From assembly GCA_024704765.1 (NCBI GenBank), contig JAKMXF010000307.1, forward strand, positions 124,001 to 188,000: DNA of 64,000 nt, written 5' to 3'. The position numbers and the translations under genes are program-made. Source of the DNA: Oopsacas minuta (Eukaryota; Animalia; Porifera). Under the pieces are notes generated by a model, which had not been told where the DNA came from, searched no databases, and was given only the letters and a program-made list of their open reading frames with translations. Each line of letters begins with the position of its first letter. The first letter of the stretch is position 1. Shown here piece by piece: positions 48,403 through 60,557 of this stretch.

Positions 48403-51188
48403 CAGTGGCGTCGTGCTTGGAAATTTTCTGGGGGGGTACAGAGTCAATAATAAATCCCAAAAGAGTTATAAATATCATAATAAAAGTACTCGAACTCTCT
48501 TTGGTTCAAACTATATTTCAAGTAATCTATGGAAAATACTATTATATCTGTAAATTAGTGTTCATATGTTCAGTACTGATATACACTATTTCCTGGGAGT
48601 ATTCCAAAATCTCTCGTGAATCTTCTCAAATGTTTTAGGGATTGAATTCATTCTGTTAGATTCAACGGACAATAACAGTAAATTACTTAACCTGTCTTCA
48701 CACATCGTGCTACGTAATCGAGTCTTAATAAGCTTTAATGTTGAAAAGAACGTTCACATGCGGAGGATGTCACTGGTAGTGTTAGAATCAACCTATATAG
48801 AATGTTCAAATTGGGATATAATTTGGCTATCCCTTCTTTGACCATATAAAGATAAAGTTTATGAATTCCAATTTTCCCGATATTGGATAATTCAATTAAT
48901 TTCGCAAGAAGTTTGTATTCATATTCTATTAAATCTGCGTCGAAGTCGCCAATATAATAACTTGCTAGTACTCTTAAATCCTGTATATTTTCAGCTTTAG
49001 GAGGATTTAAGCATTCAATAGATTTGAGAAGAGGCATGGTTTCATGTGAGAATCTACTCTGAAGCGCTTCTTTAATCAACTCTATCACATCATTAAAGAA
49101 TTGCTCTTTCATACGCTCTTTTCCAGTTAACACTATTGGTACATGGTGTTCACTATCATCCAACCTTGTAGGTACCTTCCTGTGACGTGGTTCACTATAT
49201 GTGACGCCAATATTCTCAGCAATTTTTTCAGCTTGTAAATATAATTGATCAAAGTATGCTTCAGTTGTATATCCTTGTAATGTACTAATCAAAGATTCAA
49301 TATGTAGACTTGCTGATGATATGTTAAGATCTTCATTTTGAAGATATTTTGAAATGATATTACACAATTTGAGGATATCTGTAAAGGTAACTAAACATAG
49401 ACAAAATTGGAAATCTATACATTTTGATAGAGAGAAAGCATCTGACGCTATACCAGAATCATATTTACCGTCGTATATAATAGAATCTAGAACTTTTAGA
49501 AGAACACTAATATTTTCAAGCAAAACTTGGCATGCCTCTGCACGGGAAGACCATCTAGTATCGCTTAGTGATTTAAGTGTGCCTATTTTCTTCCCTTCAC
49601 CCTGACTGGCATAGCATTTCATCTGAATATCTTTAAATAACCCATGTCTCTTTGTGCTACCCTCAATAAATGCGTACAGCTTTTGCATTATTCCAAAGAA
49701 ATTTCTAGTGATCACATTGCGTTTACAAGTATCAATAATAACTAGGTTTAACCGATGCGCATAACAATGTACAAAATATGCTTTAGGGTTCTTTACTTTA
49801 ATTAAATTTTGGACTCCATTATATCTACCAGCCATTGTTGCACATCCATCATAACCTTGACCACGTAATGATTCGATCAATAATCCGTGCTTACTGAAAA
49901 CTTCAACAATGGTTGTCACTAACCCTACAGCTGTACAATTCGCCACTTCAATCAAGTCAAGTAGAGATTCAATTATTTCACCATTTATATTGACATATCT
50001 TACTACAATAGATAATTGATCTTTCTTAGCTATATCTGGAGTAGTATCTAAACAAATTGAAAAAAAGTGAGCTATTTGAATATTTTCAATAATATCTTCC
50101 CTCAAGATTTCGGCACTATACTGAATCATTTCATTCTGAGAAGTAGGTGATAAATAACTGGGATAACCTTTTGGATTTGCTTGTCCTTTTTGTAGATGAA
50201 TCATTAAAGGTGGGTGATAACGAGAAATAAGTTCGACAATTCCCTTGAAAACACCTTTATTCGCAGACACTTCTCCTTCATTATGACCACGAAAAGGCAA
50301 GTTCAATTGAGCTAATGTAATAACTACACCAATCAGGAGATAAACAATATCTTTTCTTGATTGCCTTTCTTTATTCGCAAGAGATAATGCTTTCTTCATA
50401 TCTTCGCTGATGAGGACATCTACTGGAGTTTCATGTAAATAACTAGTCCATTTTTCCATGCACATGGAATGATTTTCACTTTTTGAATGTTTATCGAATC
50501 CCCTATTTTTCTCTAACGCATGTGGCCACTGTCTAAAACCATCTTCCACAAATGTTCTATCATATTTATTTAATGCAGAACCGAAAACACGACAGGGAAA
50601 GCACAAAGCCGAATCATTATACTTATTATACTCCAACCAGGGTCTTGAAATATACCAGTTTGCCTGAAAAGCCCTCATTTTCCCATGAAATAATGTCTGA
50701 GGGTATGAGTTATTTGGTAGTTTCAGTCGTATAGGTCCATATTTGATGTATTCAGCACGAAGTAATCTGTCTACTGGAATTACAAATTCTTGTCCCATAG
50801 CATCGTTCAACAACGATGCATTCACAAACGAAGTCTCAGATTCTATAGAACTATTAGTGACTACTGCATCTGTAGAAGTATCACTTGATTGAATAATTGG
50901 AAGAGAACATGGTGACAAAGGGTGAAAATATTTATCCAAATTCATTGACGAACAAAAGATAATAACTATATACGAAAGTTAGGAAAAAGAATCAAATAAT
51001 GTTCTAAATTGATATATAAAACAAAAAATTAAGGGTTGGCCTATGTACATGATGTAACTATCAGTAGTATGCATCAAGACCAAAAGCGAAAAGCATTAGT
51101 CGATTCGGAGAAATAAACTATCTGGAGGCGGCTCATGAAATTTGGGGGGGCCCTGGCCCCCCCGGGCCCATAGAGCACGACGCCACTG
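48403..51188 (-). mobile_element. hAT DNA transposon (ZMYM1/TTF-zinc-finger, DUF4371-type), nearly intact
   Basis: cgcgttac|CAGTGGCGTCGTGCT ... AGCACGACGCCACTG|cgcgttac: perfect 15-bp TIR and perfect 8-bp TSD. Confidence 0.95.
48586..50945 (-). CDS. hAT transposase; 736-aa ORF 48735-50945, with the hATC dimerization domain completed only after a 1-nt frameshift correction
   Basis: WYISRPWLEY..ALCFPCRVF, CLDTTPDIAKKDQLS, GQGYDGCATMAG, HCYAHRLNL, DTRWS, SSACERSF. The shifted frame continues STLKLIKTRLRSTMCEDRLSNLLLLSVE to a stop at 48586-48588. Confidence 0.88.
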
Positions 51189-52726
51189 CGCGTTACCACT
51201 TCCAATGGCACAACTTACAGACAACTGCGGCTACCAATAATTTCTAACAGCCAGAATTCAGAATGATCCTCTTGAACACCACTTTGGTCTATATACGTAG
51301 ACAGATGTCAGGATCCCATGATCAGATTTCCTTTAATCAGATATTAGAAAGCGAAAGCAAACACGAACTTTCGAATCTTCTAAAGGTGTTGGATCTTGAA
51401 TATTCTTCTGCGTCTAGCTCTAAGGAAGGCACAATTTCTCTGAAAGAAATCTCGACAGATTTGTGACGACTGTAACTGTATAAATCAGAACAACTTCATA
51501 TAGAATATTATCTCACCAAATTGAACGAAATCTCACTCCCTGAAATAGAAGCCTCACAAATAGAATGTCTCGTTTATATTGCAGGATATGCAATATTTTA
51601 CAAAGGTTGCTCAATAAGTAATGAGGCTAATGTATCAAATTCATATTTTTGTTAATACATCTCGAGCCAAGTATCAGATTACAAGCCAAACTTGATTGTC
51701 TAGCTTCTATACAATATACTTTTTACTCTACTAGCATATTCTTCTGTATAATGTTTCATTTGTATAGGCTACTTTATTCAACTAATGGATTTTAGGAAGA
51801 AGGAAAACGACAAATAATTTGGTACGTGTGGGAGAGAGGAAGACTAGTTCATACATTCTTCGTGAAATGCAGGATAATTTTTGGGATGAATGTCATTCAA
51901 AAGCCACCATATATAGATGGATCTAACTTTTTGATAATGGCGATGAAGGACTCCACGATGACCATCGTCCAGGTGGTCCGACTTCCTCAATACTCGCAGT
52001 GATATCGAGAGGGTCCAAACAATTTTGGACTAGGACAGACGAATAACCCTGCGAGAGTTAGAAGTAAGGGTAGGTATATCAAAAGCCACACTACACTCGA
52101 TTATCAATGAAGATCTGGAAATGTCGAAGATAACTGCCCGTTGGATCCCAAAGCTTCTTTCAAAAGAACATAAACGTAAAAGGGTCAGAGTTAGCAAAAA
52201 TTACTTTCAAGATAGAAGGCAGAGGAAGACTTTTTGGATCGTATAGTACGGGGGATGAAACTTGGTTTCATTATTATCAACTAGAGAGAGCAAAACTCAC
52301 TCAAAGCAGTGGAAGAGACGTGATGAACCTGTACTCATCAAGGTAAAGGCCGCAAAATCAATAGGGAAGAAAATGGCAACAGTATTTTGGGACAGGGAAG
52401 GAATTATACACCTCGACTGGTTGCCTGAGAAGGCAACCATAAACAGTGATTATCACGTTGACGAATTGAAAGAATTGCGTGCAGCGATTAAACTTGAGAG
52501 GTGAGGTAAGTTAACACGTGGCGTATTGCTGCAACATGACAACGCTAGGCCCCATGTAAGCTTCAAGACAATGGCTACAATTGACGACTTAGGATTCAAA
52601 TGCCTCCCTCATCCCCCGTATACTCCAGACCTAGCTTCCAGCGACTACTGGCTGTTTGAAAAGATGAAGAGACCTCTTCGAGGGAAGAGATTTGAGGATT
52701 TCAAACGGCTGGAGTATGAAATAAAA

Positions 52727-54039
52727 CAGGGTGGCTCCAAAGTTCTGATACAAAATCATGATTAATATACAACCATTATCAGGAAGTATTCTCAATGGTT
52801 TGCTCTCCCATGACATACCTTATACGCTTCCTAACAAATATTATTTCAATTTAGTGTATTCTATTTCGAAAAAAATTGTGATTGACCATGGAATCTGAGA
52901 GGTCAGCAATTATTGAGTTGCATATGGCGGGGAAAAGTCCATCAGAAATTTTGAAACTGCTGAATATTGCAAAAAGGACGTAGGGCATTTATCTACAGGA
53001 CGATAAATCGATATAAGGAAACTGGGAACACTGTAGACAAGCCGAGATCTGGTCGTCCATGCTCTGTAACGACCTCAGCTCTCAAGAAAGTGGTGCGAGA
53101 ACGGATTCGGCGGAACCCAGACCATTCGATGAGGAAAATGGCCTTGGAGCTCAATATATCTCGCCGAGCAATACAAAAGGTTGTCAAAAGGGACCTAGGA
53201 ATGCGCTCTTTTAAACGCAAAAAGGTACAATTCCTATCTGGGTCGGTGAAAGAAAAGAGAGTGTCCCGGAGCAAGAGCCTACTTGCTCTACACGCTATTG
53301 GAGTTCTCGAAAATACCATTTTCTCAGATGAGAAATTTTTCACCATTGAAGAGGCTACAAATAGCCAAAACAACAGAGTCATCTCGACCTCAGTTTCAGC
53401 GATCCCTGATAAGTTCAGATATATCAGTCGGATGAAGACACCACTGTCGGTGATGGTTTGGGCTGAGGTCTCTGCTGTTGGTCGGAAACCACTGATTTTC
53501 ATCCCCCCAGGAGTGAAAATCAATGCCAAAACATACCAAGAGCTTGTATTAGAGCCTGTGGTAAAAGGTCTGAGCCAGACCATGTTTTCTGGACAGCAAT
53601 TTGTCTTCCAACAAGATGGTGCTCCCGCCCATACGGCCAATACGACCCAAGATTGGCTGAAGCACAATATTCCCAATTTTATACATAAGGATGAATGGCC
53701 ACCATACAGTCCCGATTTAAATCCCATGGACTATTCTGTATGGTATATCTTGGAAAACAAGGCTTGTTCTGTGTCACACAACACAGTTAGTTCTCTAAAG
53801 ATTTCCTTGTGTCGAGAATGGGAGAAGATGCCCCAAGAAACTCTGCGTGCCGCAGTAGAAGGATTCCCGAACAGACTCAGGGCTGTCATTTCCAAAAAGG
53901 GTGGTTATATTGAATAAATGACTAGGCAATCTCTTCCTAATAGTATGTATTAATTATATATAGAGAATCAATAATGTAGGTCATGCTGAATAAATATTAT
54001 AGACAAAATGGTTTGTATCAGAACTTTGGAGCCACCCTG
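52727..54039 (+). mobile_element. maT-type (DD37D) element, near-intact
   Basis: Perfect TIRs cagggtggctccaaagttctgatacaaa / tttgtatcagaactttggagccaccctg. Flanked by a 12-bp duplication rather than TA only. Confidence 0.93.
52888..53917 (+). CDS. DD37D transposase; true start ATG 52888, one extra A near 52973 shifts the frame (open ORF 52967-53917)
   Basis: IFSDEK, QQDGAPAH, WPPYSPDLNPMDY with 37-aa spacing. The 44215-45522 copy reads gcaaaaggacg where this copy reads gcaaaaaggacg. Confidence 0.85.
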
Positions 54040-57000
54040 TATGAAATAAAACAGTGGGATTAAGGAACCCCTAAATAATTCTATACCACTGGGCTGGAAA
54101 AGTTACGAGAATGATGAAAACGATGTATACAGTTAAAGGGGGAATTTATCGAAACATTTGATAATCAATTATGATCAGTATAGGTTTACTATTTGAATTA
54201 TGAAAACAAAGTCTCATTGTTTATTGAACATTCATTGCATTACATTAAGAAGTCTAATTGTTGTGAATCTTGTTAAGGCCATTTAACTTCAGATAAACCT
54301 CTCAAAGTTAACAATGATATCGGATCCCAGTATACTTTGATAGACTTAGTGGATAGAGGCTCTCTCAAATATCTTCCGGCATGTTGTGAAATGTGTGAGT
54401 ATTTTATATGAACCTTTAATCAAATTGAGAAGCATTCTTTGTTATTTTCTTTTAGATTACGGTATTCAACTATTACTGCATGCCTTGCTGACTAGTGGAG
54501 AGAGTGGGAGAACGAAGAGCCGTACAATACAGTGGAACCTCCCGAATCGGGGGACCGAATCTTGGGGGCTCAACCTTCCCACTTTGCAGGTTTCACTGTA
54601 ATGAATTATTATCATTTTTATCTTGATTTATTGAGATATCTCTTTATCTAGTACTGTATTGTGAGTAATGGATTGTGGCTCTACTATTAAAGTATTAAAA
54701 TATGATAATTATAATTGGGGTGGGAGGTTATAGTAAATCATTACAATATAACAAATGTCACATTAGAACACTTTAGAATAGCGTTGAAAGGCATTATAAC
54801 ATTATTTGAAATTTTGAAAGTCCAGGGTAATTGCTATCCATGGTCCAGAAATTTAATAGAGTGCAACTGCCTCAGTGTAGAGAATGCTATGTTTATTTCT
54901 AACAAAATAATCGAGAATTAAATCATGAAATAGGTAGAGCTGAATCTTCATAAGTACATACCTACTTCTAGAGTTTGAATAAACGCCCCCACGATTATTA
55001 CAATCCCCCATCTATTCAATTTCAAAATTGACTCCACAAGTTTTAAATCATCAATCGCATCATTACTGCATATTTCAGGATCGTGAACTATTTATACAAT
55101 CATTCGGCTGGACGATAACTCTGTAAATTTGAAATCGAATAAAGTGGTTTTAGCCTTGTGTTTTCGAAAATAAATTGTAATCAAAAGCTACGCGAAATAC
55201 TGAATTAAACAAATAGTATACTATTAAAACTTTACACGATTCAAGAAGCATTTTACTGAATACACAAAAATATATCGAACAATTCGGTTTCAAGTTGCAA
55301 ACTAGATTAAAAACCAAAATAATGGGAATGTCACATCATTATTGCTGTTGCAGTCAAAGTGCATTTCTAGAAGCGGGATCTGACGAGTCCGGCACATTGT
55401 GACAATACTTCAGGCAATCGTTATTATTGAATACATAATTCAGTGGAAGTGCGTTGACATAGTTTTGTAAAGAAGAATTGCACATACAAAGATCAAATAC
55501 CAGAGGGAGACGTTAGTGGAAATATATAAATAGCGGAAGGGTTCTTCGCTGAAACTCGAATACTGAGCAAAATACTCTGGAACAACATTCAGGGCTTCTC
55601 ATTCACTAATCAAAGGAAAATACACTCGATAACCCGAATAGGCCTTAAAATAGACCAGAACGTAACCTACGTTAAAAAAGGCCTATGCACCACCTTTGTA
55701 AATTTGGACCATAGATTAAAGGAAGGCTATTGTTAAAACTTTATTGGGTCAGATATGATATTGAATATATGTTCAATGAGTGAGAAATGATATTGAAAAA
55801 TAAATACATATTATTATGAAAACACTGAGGTAGGAAATACAATACAAATCTGAGTAGGTAAATTAAGAATGTTAATAACAGGTATAAGTAGTACAATGGT
55901 ACTTAACAAGTATATAGTTGCAAATGTACAACCTAAATCTACTAACAGCGTTCCCCAACTTCCTCCATTCAAGTACATTGAAATTTCATCAATTTCCTGG
56001 TATTTTCACAATGAAATTCATGTATAGAATTCATGTTCTTTATTAAATTAGAGAGGAAGCAGATAGTGGCTAATCTGATTAACTTTCTAGGATATCCCAA
56101 CCAACTGTATCACAAATTGGACAGCTACCCCTTCAGCTTTCACTGTCCTCTTCTTCAATGATTTTGGCTTAATTTTCACAATATATTACCCGGATGGTCC
56201 CTTAACAATATCTTTAAAAGTGAAGGGCGATCTCCAATCGATGTACAAATCTTCCATCAGGAAACAATTACTTCGAATCACAAGTATGGCCATTTCAGTG
56301 AATTTCGATCAAATGACTGCAAGAGTGTGTAAGATGATTCGAGTCATTCTCCAATTTCCCTTACTTTAGCTTCGGGGATAAAAGTTAAACAGGCTTAACA
56401 ACGATTTGATTTCTTAAAGTAAGAATGAATTATGTACCCAGCAATAAATGCAGCTGCTTGAAGTATTTATATAGTACGAGGGCCGTCCAAAAGATTTTTA
56501 GAATGAATGTTGTAACTTCATTTCTTGCACACCAATACATATTATATCTATAGTACACTATTAATAACTACTCTAGTTGAAATATCTAAGCTTTTTATCT
56601 GTTATTACTTTTTTGACAGCTACTTATATAGTCAACATTTGTCTCTAATTTTAAATTCGTACCGAAATATTTCGCATGGATTTATAGTTGAAAAGGAGAG
56701 ACTTTCGCGCAATGATACTATAGGACTTTATGAGAAAACTCAGTCCTAAAGAATCACATATTCAACTTCAGGACACATTTGGAGAAAAATCACTATCTTT
56801 GGCTACAGTGCACAACTGGAACGGTGAATTTAACCGTGGACGAAAGACTCTGAGTGATGAGATGCGATCAGGACGTCGTGCAGATGCGGTTAACGCAGAA
56901 AGTATCCAGAAAGTTAAGAAAATAATCAAAAATGAGCGTTGAATCATAATAGACGAAACAATGAGTCATTTAGACATCAGCAGAGGAAGCCTCCATACCA

Positions 57001-57463
57001 TACTTCATGAACATCTCTTGGTGAGGAAAGTGGCTGCACGTTGGATTCCACATAAATTTGCCGAAGAAGAAATGAAAACTCGAGTGGATTGGTGCAAATT
57101 TGTGATCAGAAAATTCGATCATGGTCGTTCAAAGCTATTGAATACATTAATTACGGGAGATACGATTTGGATTCACCAATATGACCCAGAGACGAAGCAA
57201 CAATCCCAGTTTGGCTTTTCCAGATGATGATCCCCCTCAAAAATTGAGACGTGAACGAAGTGAGAACAAGCAAATGGTTGCCAGTTTCATCTCTAAAAAG
57301 GAACATGTTGTTACTATTCCCCTCAGTGAGCAAAATACTGTAACTGCGAGTTGGTATGTCAACATTTGCATGCATAATATGATAGAAAAATGGAGCATTT
57401 TACATCCTAAAGCCTATCCCACCTCACTTCAATGGCACCATGACAAAGCAAGTGCACACAGGG

Positions 57464-60400
57464 CACAGTGTGGCGAAATGGCCATAATGTGGAAATAGGT
57501 AAATGAATCTGTAATAACACCACAATCATACTTACATGTACTTAATCGACACTGTAGATTTCAAAAATACCAATGATTTTTTAGTGGCACAACTATAAAC
57601 CTAGTGATGACGTAATTACTGACATTTTCTAATTTTTAACACTTGTGGTTCATTAGTAAGGATATTATGAAAGTTGATAATACATGCATGTCATGGTCTC
57701 TATTCTGCTATTTGATAACGTACAATTTAAAGACCCTTAATTATATATTATATAATAATATACTATCAGATGATTTATGATAATAAGTATATCAAATAGT
57801 CATACATCTTGGAGGCTATTTGCAACTTCTCTTTTCTTCTTTTCCTGCTTCAAACGATTCTGTACTAAGATGGGTCACTACAATATAACAACCTGACTAA
57901 AATATCTCTAACATTATCTGTGAAAGATGCTTTCTTGCAAGATTCCCCCGATACCGCCTTACAAATTTATTGCAAGATTCTAAACATTCCTCAGGGAGAT
58001 TCTGTAATCCCTTACCATTATTGTAAGTACCTATTAACTGAAACGAATGGGCAAGTAACTTATGCAAAGATGGAGTGATGCTTGCCCATGGGTACTCAAC
58101 TAGAATAAATTCGTACGTTTCTTTGCACAATTCTTGCATTATGTCACAGTTAATCGAGTCACCACTGTTGAGGAGTCTTAACAAAACAGATAGATTGTCT
58201 GGATCTTCTCTAATGATATTTTATCTGAAGGATTAATGGAGGAAGTGGCTCACGTCTAAAAGTCTCTTATTTAAAAAGCAGTCTCGCGCAATGTTACCAG
58301 TGGTTGAAGTGCCGACCTGGCTTGAAGGGGTAGCGACACTGAAGTTACATCTTTCCTGGAGTATAGCTCGAGCCCGTTTCATGGAAGAATTTACTTTCAA
58401 GTTTGATGGCGCCCATACCTTGTGTCCTGCATCAAGATGGTATATCAACAACATGAACCACCTGAATACACAAAGGTAAGCATGAAAGGAGACGCAGCTA
58501 TAACATCGATGTTAGGAGTTGGCTGATGTGTAATACTAATAAGTTGATTTGATGGGAGTTTCAAGTAATCTTCTTCATCAACCTCGTCAAAAAGTTGCCG
58601 AGCGTCGCTAATTAATCTGTTAATAGGAAACCAGAATGGCCCATTCTAAACTTGTAATTTGGCTATCCGTTGCAGTACACAGATGACAAGAAGGCACACC
58701 AGCTCCATCCAGCAATCCTGCCATCTTGGTATCAAAAAGGAAACGGATTATCTCGAACTGTGTATGGCCTCCAATAAAAGATAACCCATCCTGTATGATG
58801 TGGTCTGTTTGAGGATTGACTATTGTATTCATGATAAGCTTTACATTAGAATATTCTTCTTTCAAAGTTATCAGTGCTACTGGCCTAAAGCAGAACGGAG
58901 AGTTGGGTGAGCTGTTATAGAACATGTCATTTCCAAGTGTGTCTGTAATTGATATTACTTTGAATCTGTACAAAATGCAGTCTTTGTGCTTAATACAGAA
59001 TTGTTGCTTTGTTGGTTATAGGTTTGATGACAACCGGAGCCATTCAAATCATCAGATATCTTAATCTTTAGTGAGTAGTGTGAATCAGGGACTGTGTCAA
59101 TGTTGAAAGCAAGCGTCGAATGGTCAGACTAAGGATGGAATGATAAGAGACACAAGTCCCAATTGGCAATGCTTCGGGGTCTCTGACTATTTCCATTTCA
59201 TTTATTAGGCTTATTTCCCTACGATATTGCGAGACAAGCTTATAAGGAGGAAGCTTAACATTACCTTTGAGAATTCTTTTCAGATTCGTGTATTTACTTG
59301 CCCCGATTTCTAAGCTGTCCAATATATAAGCACATTCAGAGATTTGTATTTTGTTCAATACACCGCTAAAAGATCCCTTATCAATTATTTCTCTGCATAT
59401 ATCAGAAATATCACGGTCATAAGATTTTTTTGAGACTAATTCTAAAGCTAGAGCGAGTAGTTGTTTAGGCTCAATCTTTTCTCTCTCAGCTAAAAAGTCA
59501 ACATGCTCTAAAAGAACACCAAGTCTCGATCTGGAAGTCTTCATGTGACATTCGAGAATATGCCTTCGGGATTCAGTTACAATCTGTTCTAAAAAGTTTC
59601 GATTTTCAGAATCAGTGACTAAAGAGGAAAATTCAGGATCAAGCGATATTCTCTTTCTCGGATTGGATATTGTTATATGAGTAGAGCGGAAATCATATTT
59701 TCCCATGTTTCAAGATCCTTCCTGCGGTAAGCCTGTCTGGATGTTAGAAGTGATTTAAATTTGAAATGGAGAGTAGCAGTTTCTTCATCAGATAAATGGT
59801 GATTCTCAATAATATTCCCAACAGAGACTATAACACTTCTGCCATTCGAAATATAGAAACTATATGCCTCATTGTTCGTGATTAGTACAGACATGATCCG
59901 CAAAAGGGCTACTTCAACATAGAAACATTATGATGTATGGTTGTAGAGTATTAGAATAACTTATAACCAGCAAAATATAGAATTTTGCTGAAAACTTTAA
60001 AACGTATGAATAATATACTTTTCGGATTTTTGTCCGGTCCGGACAATGAATGACAGTATAAATTTTTGGGCAGCTTTGGCAAGCCTGAAAAGTGATTAAA
60101 TAGTTGACTAAATATGGTAACATTACGTATATATTAATAACGTTTTGTCAAATTTTGTCAAACAAGAGATGCTACACTTCAATCAATGAGAAAAATTCCA
60201 AATTATAATTTTGGGAGGGCCAACTAGACACCCAGAAAAGTACAAATGAATATCTAGACTAACCTATCAATGATTAAATTGTTGTTACAATATAGATTAT
60301 AATCAGAAGATGTTTTTCACTCTTATATTTAGTGTTTACATCAAATATGACTACATACATTAGGACATAGGAATTCGGGGTTTGAAATATATATCTATTA

Positions 60401-60557
60401 TTAGAAACACATAACAAAGTTGTGCATAGTTAGGATTCCTAACTGCTACTAATGCTGGCAATGATATTTTCTTACTAATTGAACTATGGAGAATTCGAAG
60501 AATGCATTGAAATATGTTTTTTTTAATATGTCAATTTCCCCATATTGTCACACTGTG
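57464..60557 (-). mobile_element. RAG1-like (Transib/RAG1L-type) DNA transposon, copy B, family 1 (paralogue of A), complete ends
   Basis: caggg|CACAGTGTGGCGAAATGG ... CATATTGTCACACTGTG|caagg: RSS heptamer at both ends and a 5-bp TSD with one mismatch. Collinear with A along its whole length. Confidence 0.92.
57790..59903 (-). pseudogene. RAG1-core-like transposase, frameshifted (copy B)
   Basis: ORF pieces 59068-59706 (NBD/DDBD-like), 58620-58973 (RFLFDTKMAGLLDGAGVPSCHLCTAT) and 57897-58184 (SITPSLHKLLAH...LPEECLESCNKFVRRYR). The lower (3') boundary at 57790 is approximate. Confidence 0.88.

Larger units (their letters stand above)
51601..54237 (+). mobile_element. Degenerate mariner (SETMAR-like DD34D), split by a maT element
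   Basis: TA|caaaggttgctcaataag left TIR and a degenerate right TIR. Contains TGDETW, LQHDNARPH and YTPDLASSDYWLF fragments. Confidence 0.8.
46200..54450 (+). mobile_element. P-element/THAP9-like transposon remnant interrupted by hAT and mariner(+maT) insertions; ends not found
   Basis: THAP motif (CHVPEC...FPTD...KWFQAIP...ICTHHF) at ~46215-46460. Core MDEVYIRS, TVFSMMVSSLS, DNYPLNV at ~47400-47670. C-terminal VYIAGYAIF|YYIKKSNCCESC restored across the 51601-54237 insertion. Confidence 0.75.

Noticed and set aside
52993-53727. 244-aa minus-strand ORF (also 44814-45470, 17724-18561, 12170-12352)
   Set aside because: Antisense shadows of transposase ORFs, with no independent motifs.
2100-60557. 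RAG2-like partner gene or a domesticated RAG/V(D)J-type locus
   Set aside because: The 3.1-3.3-kb elements are filled by one gene with only a few hundred bp of flanks. I found no kelch/PHD-like ORF and no arrays of RSS-flanked segments. All three transposases are disrupted and bounded by TSDs.
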